Assembly: GCA_964270895.1 (NCBI GenBank)
Contig: OZ185437.1
DNA length: 64,000 nt
Reading direction: 5' to 3' (one strand)
Source: Podarcis filfolensis
Taxonomy: Eukaryota
Positions 1 through 13,173 of this stretch are shown one piece after another. Position numbers and translations under genes: made by a program. The notes under the pieces are model-generated. The model had not been told where the DNA came from. It saw nothing but the letters and a program-made list of their open reading frames with translations, and ran no database searches. Each line of letters starts with the position of its first letter. Position 1 is the stretch's first letter.

Positions 1-838
1 GACACCCACCTGAGAGGTGCCGGAACTGAGTTCTGGTGAGTTCTAGCTGAGAAAAGAAGTTCTGCATCCAAACTTCTTTTTCTCATCCCCCCTCCCTCCA
101 GTTGGTCTTTGTGATTGGAAATAATCTCAACCTAGTTGAGAAATTGTGGTGGGCAGGGATTACTGTACAGGAAAAGGGTTAAGCACACATACACAAAACC
201 AATTGTCTCCCACAAATTCCCCTGCATTTCCATTACCTGGAAAACACATTTACCCAAAGTAACATGTAGTTCAACCCGCAATAGCTGATCCTTGCTTTAG
301 AATTCCTTTTGATGAAACCGAGAGATCTGCAGTTATGTACCATTAAAAATGGGAGCTGTTCTCCTTTTACGTGTCTCATTTACTCAGTGCCTGCACAGGA
401 TTTTTACTGGGACCCAGATGTGCTAGCTCAGTGGACCCAGTCCAGAAAGCCACATGGTAGCAGTTTGGAACTCTGTTCTGATTCCTCAACCTGCACATCC
501 TCGCAGCAGACTGGGGTAAACGGCTGACTCAGCAGCACAGGGCAGCAGGCACAGCAGATGCCTGTGCACAAAAAACATCAGTGCAATGTGATAGCTCCAT
601 TCTTGTGGTTTAAAAGCAGTGTTTACCCACCGCTGCCCCCTAAATTCCCATCCTGGTGTCTTCCAAACGTTTTGGACTACAAGTCCCATCAGACATGGCC
701 AGCACAGCTAATGGTGAGGAATTATGGGAGTTGTAGTCCAAGCCACTTGGAGGGCACCATGTTGGTTGGTGGATGGCTTAACCCTTCCTTTCAAAAGCAG
801 AACACTTATAGAAACTCTGGTAATTAGTGTTGCCTGCC

Positions 839-889
<51 letters not shown>
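839..889. repeat. (TAAA)n microsatellite, about 12 units
   Basis: Direct reading of the sequence. Confidence 0.97.
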
Positions 890-1044
890 CTTACCTATGT
901 GAATATATATAACATCTCATTTAACTCCACCACAAAGGGTGCACCCAAATAAATAAATAAAATCACATTTCCCCCACTCAGGCTTAGATGCTCCTACTGA
1001 TGGTCCTTGTGGTCATGTGACAAGAAATCCCTGCTTGTTATAGG

Positions 1045-1182
1045 CAGGTGTGGGAAACCTTTGACCCTCCAGATGTTGCTGAACTGCAACTCCCATTAGC
1101 CCCAGCCAGCTTGGCCAATGGTAAGGGATGGTGGGAGTTATAGTTCAGCAACATCTGGAACGCCACAGGTTCCCCACACCTG
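1045..1182. mobile_element. Small hAT-type MITE (foldback)
   Basis: Terminal inverted repeats CAGGTGTGGG...CCCCACACCTG, internal inverted CAGATGTTGCTGAACT/AGTTCAGCAACATCTG; flanks GTTATAGG/GTTGTAGG resemble an 8-bp TSD with one mismatch. Related decayed copies near 650-770, 13440-13550, 14850-14920. Confidence 0.7.
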
Positions 1183-2204
1183 TTGTAGGCATTCCACACA
1201 ACCCAGCTCCTTCATAGTAGCTGCTTTTGTTGTGTAGCAAAATGTGGCCTGTAAACTGGCAAACTCTGCTTGGCAACGGAAGGTGAGCTGCGTAAGCGTT
1301 TGGCTTTTCCCGATCATTTCAACCACCTGAATTTCTGACCCAGATTGTTACCATCTTAAAATTCAAAGTAGGGAAACTGCATTGTTTGCATTGCATTGGA
1401 GAGAAATAGCATGCAAATAAGCACAAATCCCTCTAGGTTTGGACGATAGCTGAAAGTTGATGCAGAATTGATTTCATTCCATTGCAGGAATCATCTGGGA
1501 TATTTGCTGCTTCTTGAATCCACCTGTGAATTTAGTGCGTAGTTTGAAATGTAAAGGTCAGTGGAGAAATAGCTGTACCTGGAGCATAAACAACTCCCGA
1601 GAAAATTTGTGTCAACTGAGGAGATGGTTCTTAAAAGGCAAGAATATTAAGTGCTTGGGAAGGATGCAATTACAGTTTTCAAAATAAGCAAAGGAAGCTA
1701 TAAGGAAGATGGAGAACAACTAAATATAGTCCTCTCTGGCTAGCCAGCTGCAAAAGTGCCCAACCACTTCCATGGCTACATTTTCTCTGAGCAACTAAAG
1801 ATATGCTCTTGTACAGCTGCAGTTCATTTCAAATGAAGGTTGTGTGCAAAAGAAATGCAGGGTTATTAACATAACAGAAACTACCATGGTAATTGCACAC
1901 AGCAATGGACAAGGAGAGGCAGTCTGGGGGTCACAGTGAACACAATAAACAATATTGTCTTCGTTTTATATATTAAACACAGCTAACCCAACCATTTAAA
2001 AATCGACACAGTGCCGGCCCTTCTATTAGATAGAGTGAGGTGGCTGCCTCAGGTGGCAGATGATGGGGAGTGGTGGTGAGGTACTACATAGTCTAACCTG
2101 CCCCATCCCTTATGTTAGCCTGCTGCTCACTGGTGCAATGGAGGATCCTGTCCCATCATGAGTGTTGAAATAAGATAAAACTGCTAGGTCAGTCCGCATC
2201 TGTA

Positions 2205-2446
2205 CAGTGGTACCTCTGGTTAAGAACTTAATTCGTTCCGGAGGTCCGTTCTTAACCTGAAACTGTTCTTGACCTGAGGTACCACTTTAGCTAATGGGGC
2301 CTCCCACTGCCACTGTGCCGCCACCACGCGATTTCTGTTCTCATCCTGAAGCAAAGTTCTTAACCCAAGGTACTATTTCTGGGTTAGTGGAGTCTGTAAC
2401 CTGAAGTGTTTGTAACCCGAAGCGTTTGTAACCCGAGGTACCACTG
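2205..2446. mobile_element. Tc1/mariner (Tigger/pogo-like) non-autonomous MITE, copy 1
   Basis: TA|CAGTGGTACCTC...GAGGTACCACTG|TA: 12-bp perfect TIRs and TA target duplication. Confidence 0.88.
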
Positions 2447-3700
2447 TATATGGAATACGGTGGAGTAGGGGAAAGAACCATGTCCTTCACCTCAGGTAGC
2501 AAAATGCCTTGAACAGGCTTTGAATAAAGAATAATCCAAGCCCAAACCATTGTTGGCTATGTAGCAATGGTGTCAGCTTAATTGTTGCCGGCTGAATAGA
2601 AGCTTCTTGTCATCATTCATTTCAGTCTGTCAGTTCCACTTTTTCCTCTTCTTTCTGAAGCCTTGTCTATCCATTTGCTTCCTTCAAGACTCTCTTTAGA
2701 GTCTTCAGGTTGCCAGTGACTGGCTTTTTAAATTCCTTTGCTCTTTCCCACCCTTCTACACTCCTCCTTTCACTGACCCACAATTCCATAACATCGCAGG
2801 AGCAGGCATTACACTGTCCTTGCACTGCGGTGATGCATTTTTACACAGGAGACTCTTAAAACGGAGGGAAAGCAGCTCTCAAGAGGCCTTGGGAAACACC
2901 ACAGGGGAAAACTCCGCATGTGAAGTCAGGAAACTTTGAGGACATTTAAGGAGAAGGGAGCAGGGTTTGACTCCAGAATATCTGTTCTTCTCTGTGCAAA
3001 ACATCTGCTCCGTTGAGCAGGGTGGGAGTCCTTTTTAAAAAAAAAACACAGAAAAATCCCTGAACATCTCGTATAAACAGATGGAAATGTAATCCCATTT
3101 TAGGTCATCCCTCCTGTTTATAAATGGAAATGAGTAGATGCCTCTGATGGCTAACTGATAAGAATTACAAAAACATCTCTGCCCTCAAGAAACTTTGATA
3201 CCCGAAGAAGCAAGAGCTGCAGAGCTGAATGGCTTATTTATGTGCCATGCAGCAGGAATATAATCAGGCCAACTTAAAAATTCTAGAGCCCCTTTCATCT
3301 CAGAGGAGCTCAGAGCAGTTCTGGCAGTTGAGCAGACCGATTGCTAAGAACAATAATTTATCTGGCACTTATTGCACACTCCGAATGCCTTCGCATTATC
3401 TCATGGGGAGGGGGGGAGGGGGCATGATGTTGACAGGATAGTGTTTCACCTGAAGTGCCCCAGAGAGATTGTGGCTGGGGTACAATTTTAATTCGTAGCT
3501 TACCATTCCTATCCACTTACACTAAGCCAGCTCTCAACACCCGTATACTAATGACAGCTGCATGTCTCCCTAAGGACCTAGTTCTCACAAACAGCTAAAG
3601 AAATGGCAAGCCCGTTTTTGGAGTACATCGCAATTGAATGCTCCGTAAAACCAAAATAAAGGGGGGAGTGATCTGGTGCTATCCCAACAGGATAGGATAT

Positions 3701-3775
3701 TTGTTGTTGTTTAGTCGTCGTGTCCGACTCTTCGTGACCCCATGGACCAGAGCACGCCAGGCACTCCTGTCTTCC
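3701..3775 (-). mobile_element. RTE-BovB-type 3' end fragment with (CAA)n tail
   Basis: TTGTTGTTGTTTAGTCGTCGTGTCCGACTCTTCGTGACCCCATGGACC..., the reverse of the BovB/Sauria-SINE 3' end; flanked by ACAGGATAGGATAT / ACAGGAATGGATAT (decayed 14-bp TSD). Confidence 0.8.
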
Positions 3776-3830
3776 ACAGGAATGGATATACCCCCAAGCA
3801 AATGTAGCCCTTGGCAGACAAAAGATTGCC

Positions 3831-3966
3831 TCTGCAGCTCAGTTGGCAGAGCATGAGACTCTAAATCTCAGGGTCTTGAGTTTGAGCAACCATGTCGGGG
3901 AAAAGATTCCTGCATTGCAGAGGGTTGGACTAGATGACCCTCGTGGTCCCTTCCAACTCTATGATT
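3831..3966 (+). mobile_element. tRNA(Lys)-derived SINE with CR1-like 3' tail
   Basis: AGCTCAGTTGGCAGAGCATGAGACTCTAAATCTCAGGGTC head (degenerate A/B boxes) followed by GGTTGGACTAGATGACCC...CCCTTCCAACTCTATGATT CR1 tail. Confidence 0.8.
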
Positions 3967-4349
3967 AAAGGCTCACCAGGGGCAGAGCCTGGATCTGCTG
4001 ACTCATAGTCTCCATTATGCAGCATGTGCCAGTTCCCATTGACAATGGGGCATGCTGTTTGTTCCTTATTTGCCTCCCCATAGGGTTGGGCTCTTCATTT
4101 CAGCCAGCAGGTAGCAAGCAGGCCTGCTGCTATAGCAAGCTTTTCATCCTTTACAAAGTGCTGCCCCAGGCAGCTGCCTAAGGAACGTCCAGTTTTGCTC
4201 GAAGGCGAAACTAAGTTTTGATCCACAGGCCCCTTACTTTCTTTGGCCAAAGCCTTGAACACGGTGCACGGGTGGTCGTTTCCTGCCTGCAGAGAACACT
4301 GGTGCACCTGCCTCATTATTATCTGCCCTGCCTTTAGAAAATATCCTTT

Positions 4350-4436
4350 CCCTGCTCTTCCTGGACATGCCAGGGTTTGAAACGGCGGCTTTTGCATGCA
4401 AACCAGATGCTCTTCCCCTGAGCTACAGCCCTTCCT
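4350..4436 (-). mobile_element. tRNA-derived SINE head fragment
   Basis: Reverse strand reads GGGCTGTAGCTCAGGGGAAGAGCATCTGGTTTGCATGCAAAAG...TTCAAACCCTGGCATGTCCAG; same family as 5892-6091. Confidence 0.65.
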
Positions 4437-5411
4437 GTCGCTGTGCTGATGTTCAAAGAGCGGCACCACACAAGGGAGCCCTCTCAATGAAGTTGTCGGC
4501 ATTACCACTACAGAGACTTTTCAGCCCGTGCTTTCCCCCCGAGGGCTGGCTTTTATTGAAGAAACGGAAAGATCTGACAGTAAGCACAAAGCGCCCCTGT
4601 AGTTTCTCTCCAGCGGTTTCCCCACCAGCCACCACCACCGCTTTCCAATAAGCGCACCTCTTTGTCCTCTTAGCAACGCAGTTGCCTTCCAGCATCTGTC
4701 AACAGAGGACAGCGGCAAATCCCAAGTCACCTGCCAGAAGACAGACAATGCCCTTCCCAGAGTTCACTTGGTGGGTTCCTCAGGCTCTGCAGAGAGAGCT
4801 CCCTCTCTCCCCAGCCTCCACAAAGTGACGTGCAACTCAGAGCAGCAGGCAAACTAGCAGACCTCCATAGTAAATGCCTTGTGTGAATGCTACCTATATG
4901 GAGAGGCAGCCTTGCGCATCCCCCACCCACCCACCCATCATTTCCTTTGGTACTTGTTGCTCAAAATAAAGGACAACCACCTACCAATAATTAATGAATG
5001 AGCCCTGCAGTCATTCCAGATCTGCCCACCCACCGCTTAGCCTCCTACATGACTTGCTTATAATATGTCAACAGCAGATGCTCAGTGCTTTCTCCTGTGC
5101 GATGGTTGCACAACTCACTGTTTATCCGCTGTGTGCAATGCTGCCGTGATGAATCCTGGAAGATGGCATCAGCGCTTCCCAGCAGGGAGCTCAGTGCACT
5201 GGTGCCCCAGAGGCCGTTTGACAGACAGGTGAATCCCCACAAGCGAGAGTGCTGTGAAGAGGAATGAAGCAAGAAGTGTTTTCTGAGGTTTAGGAGATCC
5301 AAATAGACCACTGTGCGTGCATAATTTTGCAAACAGAGAAAACCCACTCCTTTGTCACAGGCTCTCCGATGCCAGCCTGTGCCAAGGAGTCAATTCTGGC
5401 CTGTTCCAATA

Positions 5412-5637
5412 CAGTGGTACCTCGGGTTACAGACACTTCAGGTTACAGACTCCTCTAACCCAGAAATAATGCCTTGGGTTAAGAACTTTGCTTCAGGATG
5501 AGAACAGAAATCCTGCTCCGGCGGTGCGGCAGCAGCAGGAGGCCCCATTAGCTAAAGTGGTGCTTCAGGTTAAGAACAGTTTCAGGTTAAGAACGGACCT
5601 CCGGAACGAATTAAGTACTTAACCTGAGGTACCACTG
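5412..5637. mobile_element. Tc1/mariner (Tigger/pogo-like) MITE, copy 2, inverted relative to copy 1
   Basis: TA|CAGTGGTACCTC...GAGGTACCACTG|TA; interior is the reverse complement of 2205-2446. Confidence 0.88.
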
Positions 5638-5715
5638 TACAAAAGTATAGGGAAAAGAAGAGGAAGAAAAGTGACACATTTGTTGTTGTTTGTAAAGTTG
5701 CTGGAGCAGCGATGA

Positions 5716-5830
5716 CATAAGAATGTAAGATAACGCTGGATCCGATCCAAAGTTCCTCTCATCCAGTATGTTGTCTGCAGCAGTGGCCTCCAGGTGTTTC
5801 TAGGAAACTCCCAAATAGGGCAGGAGGAGG
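5716..5830 (-). mobile_element. Old CR1 LINE 3' end fragment
   Basis: CATAAGAATGTAAGA...GCTGGATC...CATCCAGTATG...CAGTGGCC..CAG resembles the reversed squamate CR1 3' UTR. Confidence 0.55.
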
Positions 5831-5891
5831 AATTTATAACCCACCATATGACAAAAATACAACAAGGCGGCTTACACAAGTCAACACACAC

Positions 5892-6091
5892 AGGAACATA
5901 GGAAGCTGCTTTGCACAGAGTTGGACCCTTGACCCATCTAGCTCTCCATTCTCTGCAGTGACTGGCAGTGGCTCTCTGGGGTTTCAAATCATGAGTCCTT
6001 TCCCCAACCATTACTGGAGATACCAAGGATTGCACTTGGGACCTTCTCCTTAGAAGGCAGATGCTCAGTCACCGAGCTATGGCCCATCCCC
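5892..6091 (-). mobile_element. tRNA-derived SINE with L2-like tail (Anolis SINE2-like family)
   Basis: Reverse strand: GGGGATGGGCCATAGCTCGGTGACTGAGCATCTGCCTT...AAGGTCCCAAGTGCAATCCTTGGTATCTCCAG...GCAGCTTCCTATGTTCCT. Confidence 0.72.
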
Positions 6092-8202
6092 AAAGCACCA
6101 CAGTGCAAAACAAGATAAAAATGCAACCTAAAATGAACACAAACAAGAAGAAAACCAGAACAGTACCAAAAAAAATCCAGCAGTTTTAGAAGCAGCAGAT
6201 AATATGCACACACAGAAAAGATTGAGAGCCATAAGACTGCACTCACTTGTCCTTCTCTGACTCAGATTTCACCTGCCAGCCCAAGCCAGGATTCCTCCTT
6301 TACTCCCCTGGAAATACACTGTTGTTTGACCCCCGGGTTCTGATATTTAGAGGTGGAAGTGGGACTAGCAACAAACGTTTGAGGTGTATCTTCACCTTCC
6401 TAATGGGAATGCTCCTATTCTGGTTTCCAGCTTGGTTAGTAAATTTATGGTTGTGTACACATTCCATGAATTGCCATGCTCTACACACCACTAACTGCTG
6501 CATCTGACTGAACGAGCGCTAGAATGCAAGAAGTGTATGCCATAAATTTCTTGGTCTTTAAGCAACTACAGTACTTTTGCTGCTGTGTTTAGTCAAGTGG
6601 CAGGGCAATCCCAAGGGCAGCCCAAAGGCCAACAGAAGGGCTACTGGAAGAAGCAGAAGTGTTTTCAGCAGCTATCAGGGAGGGAGGTCTGCCAGCAGGA
6701 TAGCACTCACACTGCCATGGTTCTCAAAGGTGTAGACATCCCATTGACTGGCAGGGAAATTGCGGGTGTCATGGACCCATACGTTCCTAAGCCCCTTTGA
6801 CACACCCTTAGAAAGGGCCAAAAGCTATGAAGTCGGTGGGAGAGGAAAAGCATTTAAAATTGAAGGGGACTAGATGACCCTCTGCAGTTCTGTGACTCCT
6901 CCACCACCCCATCTTTTATCTGGTGGCAGCTAGCAATTAGGGCTTTGGAACTTTTGCAAAACTGCTGCATGGCCCTTGTCATGGCCACAGTCTGACCTCT
7001 CCTTCTTCACACTTAGAAGTTCATCCTTTTATAAAGACACCGATGGTGGCGATGTAAAGGCAATCAATCAAGTTGACTACCAAGCTCTTTTCCTTGAGAT
7101 TACCCACCCACGCCCAGATAAGACCAAATTGCAACAACTCCGCATTTATTAATTAAAAGAGCCTTTAAAATCTTATCATGAAATTTGGGGAGGAGGAAGG
7201 ATGTGTGCGGGTGTACACACCCACAAAAATACAGTGCAAATTCCCAGTCCAGAAATTAAGGAAAAGTGAAACCGATAAACTGAAATGTGATAAAAGAGTG
7301 TAGTCTTATCTGGTACGCTTTCTACTGCTGCAATTTAAAATAAAAATACGTTGCCTCCATTGGAGGATAGATTTCTGATAGAACTCTCAGTGTACAGATT
7401 TTCCTCAAAAGAATGCAGTGAATTACTGAACACAAAATGCTCAGGAACAAGCTTAGCTCTCAAGCACAGTATGTGTTGCATCCCCCTCTAGTGGCTGAAC
7501 TGCGGGTGCAAAACCTACTAACTTCAGATTTGGTGAAAGATACATTGGAGACATTGGAGACGCAGGGGAAAGAGTCGCCCATTTTTGAATCGCGACTTTT
7601 AAAATCATATTGTTTCTCATTGCAGTTAGGAATTTTCGGTGGTGAGGGTGGGAATTGGTAAAAATCATGGGGCCCAATCCATCTCCTCCTACAAGTATAG
7701 AGCTGCATGCATGAGAGAAGATTCCTCTTTAATACCAGTCCCAGGCCAGTTCTCAGTCTGTGTGTGCATAATGACAGTACACTATGACATGCCCAGCCAT
7801 TACTCGCAGTAAGTCCTCAGCACTTCCATGTTGAGATCCACCTGTGCCATTCACCTTAGTATCATCCTGCTTCCCATCCCCAGTGTTCAGAACCTAAGCA
7901 GACAACAGATAGCCTCTGGAAGCAGGAAGACCATGCAGTGCCAACTGAAATTCTCTGGACCTACTCTGTGCTTTAAATAGTATTCCAGGAGCCATATGTG
8001 CAGTTGGCCAGATAAATCGGCCTCCTCACTTATGGTCAGGTTCATCATAAAAGTTGGCACCAGTAAGGGCTCCTTATCTTTGGCCACATCCACTGCATGT
8101 AAATCTCTCACTTGCTCACTCTGCATCAAAACTTAGTTGATTTTGCTGGCTTCAAATCCCCAGTCAGCTATGAGGCCCCTCTCACATGGCTACAGTGCTC
8201 CG

Positions 8203-8326
8203 TTTTTAATGTTTGATGCTTTATTATGTTTTATATATTCTGTAAGCGGCCCAGAGTGGCTGGGGAAACCTAGCCAGATGGACAGGGTATAAATAATAAA
8301 GTTGTTGTTGTTGTTGTTGTTGTTGT
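8203..8326 (+). mobile_element. L2 LINE 3' UTR fragment with (GTT)n tail
   Basis: GCGGCCCAGAGTGGCTGGGGAAACCTAGCCAGATGG...GGTATAAATAATAAA(GTT)n; same family as the 28 kb and 48 kb copies in opposite orientation. Confidence 0.78.
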
Positions 8327-8605
8327 ACCAGAGATCCCATGGACAAAGCTTTCATCGCAGCTTAGTAAGGCCCAGGATGAACTCCACTCAGCCTCGGACC
8401 CAGACTTAAAAGAAACAAGCAGGGGCAGACACAGTTTGGCAAGCCTGCTGGAGGAGCAGGCTGTCAGGATGGGACTTCATGGAGGAGTAGAGGGTAACTT
8501 GCCCAAGACCCTCTCAAACCTGGTAGTGGGTCTAAAATTCAAATTAGTTGGACTAACCAGTTGCCTGAAGCTGTTTGGTGGAGGGCTGATAACACCAGTC
8601 AATCG

Positions 8606-8790
8606 TAAGAACATTAGAAGAGCCTTCTGGATCATGCCAATGGCCCATCTAGTCCAGCATCCTGTTCTCACAGTGGCCAACCAGATGCCTACAGGAAGCC
8701 CAAATGCAGGACCTGAACATAACAACAGCTGGTTTATAGAGGCATATTGCCTCCAGCTGTGGAGGTAGGAAATAACCATTGTGGCTAGTT
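8606..8790 (-). mobile_element. CR1 LINE 3' end fragment
   Basis: TAAGAACATTAGAAGAGCC...TGGATCATGCCAATGGCCCATCTAGTCCAGCATCCTGTTCTCACAGTGGCCAACCAGATG, the typical reversed squamate CR1 3' end. Confidence 0.75.
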
Positions 8791-11700
8791 ACCCGTTCCT
8801 AGTTTGGAAACAAAACCCGACTTAGCAACAAAACCTCAGTCTTGTGTTGTTTGTGGGAGATACGTTAAAGAGACTTGGGTGTGATAATCATTTTGAACTA
8901 TTACAATGCTCTTACAATCAACGTTAATCCAAAACTGAATAGTAAAGAATAAGGCCTTCTTATTCATTGTCAAATATTTGGTTTCATCTGGCAGTGATTT
9001 GTGAAGCTGCATTTGCTTCTGTTGATGATAAAGCGACATTTACCTTGCCAGCAGGTATCCAATTAAACTGATTGTGAATCTTGAAATGTTCTCAGATTTG
9101 AGCATGTAACGTGCTTGTTTTAAAGACAGCCCTTCTGGGAAGCAAACATGTTTTCTAATTCTGCTGGCCATTATTCATTACTTGCCAGTTGCTTGAATTT
9201 TTCCCCCGATTACCCACTCAGTCTGTAGGAGCAGTACCACATGACGCAGCTAGCAGAGAAAGAGAGTAATTTTCTGAACAACACAAATTCATTTAAATGC
9301 ATAACTATTCTTCTCCATGACTATTCTTCTCAATAGCTTCTCCCTGGCTTTTTTAAAAAGCCCTCTACAAAGGACTTGCTCATAAGTGGCTTGCAAATAT
9401 AAAAGCAAATAAAAGAACAACAGTGATCTGACCACTAAAACAAAAATTATTAGCAAAAACAACAAAAACAAGAACACAACGAGCAGCACAACACTGCAGT
9501 GCTGGAGGCGATGATGATGATTGAGAGTGCAAGAATAATCCTTATGCAAAACACAGTAACAATATATTACATAATATATCATACCAAATATAAACTCATT
9601 GTTTCCTGTGAACAGTGACATTCAGTTTTTAGCATATCATGTTAAAACAAAAAGAGATTGTAGAGAGGTCCAAAAAGCCCTCTCCAAACAGAGTGAACGG
9701 GAAGCAAAATGGCAAATGCAATTAAGTGTAAATATCACTACCCACAGATGAGTATATATCACTACCCACAGAAGCACCACACCTGTGCCCTGAACATTGA
9801 GCCTGAGCCCAGAAACCAGGGGTCATCATTGGAACTGGAGACCTCAATATTGAAACCAAGCCACACACTACCAGGAAAGCAGCATCCTTGCTTGCATTGG
9901 CCTTATCTGCCAGATCCGCTCACCACTGCGAGCAGCATGTGTGGCAGAGGGCAATGGAGAGATGCCAGGCTCCAGGCCAGGGGCCTGTCCCTTTAAGAAA
10001 CTCCATCCTCTTCCATCAAGAGGGTGGAGCCTGGCAGGGATAGTCAGGTTGCAGAATAAGAGCTGAGTCAGCAACCAGCCCCTGTCTGAACAAGCTGTCC
10101 CTTCTCTTGGACCTGTCCAAGGTCCTGAACCTTTCTGGCCACTCTTTCTTTCTGATCTGTGAGAGGGTATAAGCTGCTGAAGTGGGAATACTCTGCCCCA
10201 AGCCCCCACTTGGCCACCTTCCTCCAGACTCCACCATAACTGATCTTATGCCAGGCTTGGGCATACACAGGCCAAATTAGGCTTGCCAGGTGACAACCTA
10301 AAACAGCCTTCCTCAACCTGCTGTCCTTTTGGATTACAATTCCAATCAGCCCCAGCCAACATGGTTGCTTACATCTCTAAGTACACTGGAAGTGTCTCCT
10401 GACTGTTCTTCACCAAGAGGCAGATAGCACTAAGGGGAGCAATGGGCAGTTGAAGAAACGGCTGCCTCATATTTCAGTGTGCCGGATGACTGAAAGGTAA
10501 AATCTAGATTCACAACATTGTGGCCCGGTCACCCCAGATCAAATTAAAAATGACATACCAGGAACTATCACAACGAAGTGGAGAACTTTGTCAAGGACTC
10601 CATACAGTGATTTCTCTCTGCATTGCTCTGAAGTAAATAATATACAACTGTGGAAGAGATTGAAGAATGAGTTCAGAAATAAGCACTGAAGGAGTTGAAG
10701 CAGGGCCTGCGGAGAGCGCTAATGATCTTTTGGCTATTTGTCATTGCAGGATGTTGCAAGGTCTCTTTTCTTACTGTGCAGTGTTCAACAGCTTTGATTA
10801 AGGCTTTTAATAACCTAATTTCTGGACATTTCTCAAGGCCCAATTTTTGTCTTTCTCGCTTGATTGCTCTGCAGCTATCACAAGGGATTTGCTGAGCTAT
10901 TTGTCTTCTGTTGTGGGCACACAGCATGGCACTGAGTGGCTTCAATTGTAGTTTTTTTCTGATTGTTCCTTTCAAATTATGTGTCATAAGAATCTTTCTT
11001 AGAGCAATGATTTGAATACATGAGTTCCTTAAGGGCTCTCTTTCAGCTCCAAATCACTCTGTGTATGGGATAGAACCCTGTAGAGCTCCAAGGGGCGACA
11101 GCTTGATCTCTGTGGGGAAGAGCTTTCGGAAAGGTTAAAAAATTATCAGAGTTGTATGTTGCTGGCACCAGAGGCAGCTCAGCCAAAATTGCTGAGGGGA
11201 GGGGGGCCTTGCCATAGAGATATAATCATGAGAAGGCTTTCTGGTGAAGATCTTAATGGTAGGGGGAATGTGTGGGGAGAAAGAGACATAATGGCAGCAG
11301 GTACACCTCTGTCCGCCTCAAACATTAGAAAGTGCAGGCTCCAGAATCTGATTCTGGGAGCAAGAGGGGGAATGTGAACAGCAAGTACTAAACCTTCCCA
11401 TACTTGTGATGTACTTCCTAACAGCCTGCTCTTGCCACCCCCCACTCCAATATGCTTTTCTCCCAGCCAGACTCCTCCATGAAGCTAAGGCTTTGTACCA
11501 GAATGTGGGGATGCAATCAGAGACTACACATTGCATTCATCTCCCAAGGGAACTTCTCTAGGATACTGAAGTACATCCTAATCAGTAGAAGCCAGCAAGT
11601 GGCTTCTACTGATGGTGACTGGGACCCAATATTAGCGCTCTCCTGCAAGGCTGCCTGTAGTCTGTGGGTTGGTGGGCATCTAGCCCTTAAAAAAGCCCAA

Positions 11701-12899
11701 CAAACTTTGACACTAATGGCTTATTCATCTACCACTATGTATCTAACTTTCCCTTTGGGGAAAATCCAGAAGGGCCTGCAACAAAATGTTGCAGTGTAGA
11801 GGAAGAATTTCTGTTCGGGGCTTCAGTCAACCAAGCAACTCCTCTTCCATGTTACTCCATTCCACCCCTCCTTCACCCAAATCTTCACTATTTCCCTCAC
11901 AATGATCAGCTAGCAGTCCATGTGCTCTGAGCACATCCAGTCCACTTGCAGTTGGAGATAGGGAGTCACCCTTGCATGTATTTATTTTAGTACGTCTGCA
12001 ACCTTGAGGTTCTCCAGATTCTTCTGATAAGCCCCTCTTGTGTGAGGGCAGTGCTGCTTTGGTTGCATAAGCATTCACACCCAAAGAATAGCTCCGCTAT
12101 TGGTATTCATCAGGGTCTTAAAATTTCCCCACCACTTCAGGCCGCCTGAAGTCATAATGGCCCATGCTGGGCCTGATAATGCCTGAAGGCCAGATGTTCC
12201 CTACCCCTTGTATATAGGATTGGTAAAGGTGGTCACTCTGCACATTCAGACGGAACTGGTATTTAAAGCCCTGTCTACCTGTCTTTTTACCTGAGCACAT
12301 CACTGGTGCGATTTGTCTTCCTCAGTTGATAATGCCTGCTGGAAGAATACCGGGGGCTGGTATTCACTGTTGTTATCTGGGTGGCCTTTGCTGCTTGTTC
12401 ATCATGCGGCTGACACTGTCTCAGAGAATTAGAGGTGCTTAACAAGATTGCACTTCAATTGGTCTGTTTATTCTTCATAGAGAAGTTCTAGGCTAAGTGG
12501 TTACGTGACGTAGGACCTCTTCCTATCATTAGAGAGGTCCTGTGGGGTCCAATACCTTCAGAATCTAAAGCTTATGACAAATGAAAAGTCATGGGAATGA
12601 AGCCCTTGTACCTGCTTGCTTGCATTTTTATGGAGATTTTCAGTGATACTATTTAATTTTACTCCTTTTTTGCCGTTTGTCTGACTATTTTTTGCAGAGT
12701 GATTCATATGCCTCAGGTATACAGTACAAATATTCAAGTCCTAGAAATCAGACTTTTTATGCTGAACTTTTAGCTGTAAAACATAAAAAACCTGTGTACC
12801 GCTGAGGTGCTAGGTGCTAGGTTCTAGCACACACCCTGCCCTTCGCCTCAAGGATGCCCCACCCCCTGCAAAAATCAATAGAAGAAAGAAAGCATTAAT

Positions 12900-13173
12900 A
12901 ACCTCACTGTGAGAAAAGAAGTTACAGAGAACCAGGCAGAGGGCCTTCTTGGTAGTGGTGCCCACCCTGTGGAACACCTTCCCATCAGATGTCAAGGAAA
13001 TAAACAACTATCTGACTTTTAGAAGACATTTGAAGGCAACCCTGTACAGAGAAGATTTTAATGTTTGATGTTTTATTGTGTTTTTAATCTTTCATTGGGA
13101 GCTGCCCAGAGTGGCAAGGGCAACCCAGTCAGATGAGTGGCATGTAAATGATAAAATTGTTGTTGTTAGTATT
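12900..13173 (+). mobile_element. L2 LINE 3' fragment (ORF2 C-terminus + 3' UTR)
   Basis: Reverse complement homologue of the 28 kb and 48 kb copies (CAGAGGGCCTTCTTGGTAGTGGTGCCCACCCTGTGGAAC...). Confidence 0.8.

Noticed and set aside
3831-3900. tRNA-Lys-like sequence (also 47340-47407 and 57370-57419)
   Set aside because: Acceptor stem and T arm are degenerate and each is fused to a CR1-like tail, so these are SINE heads rather than tRNA genes.
10010-11440. GC-richer segments with several overlapping ORFs, possibly LTR or transposase remnants
   Set aside because: No terminal repeats, TSDs or recognisable protein motifs could be established by eye; left unclassified.
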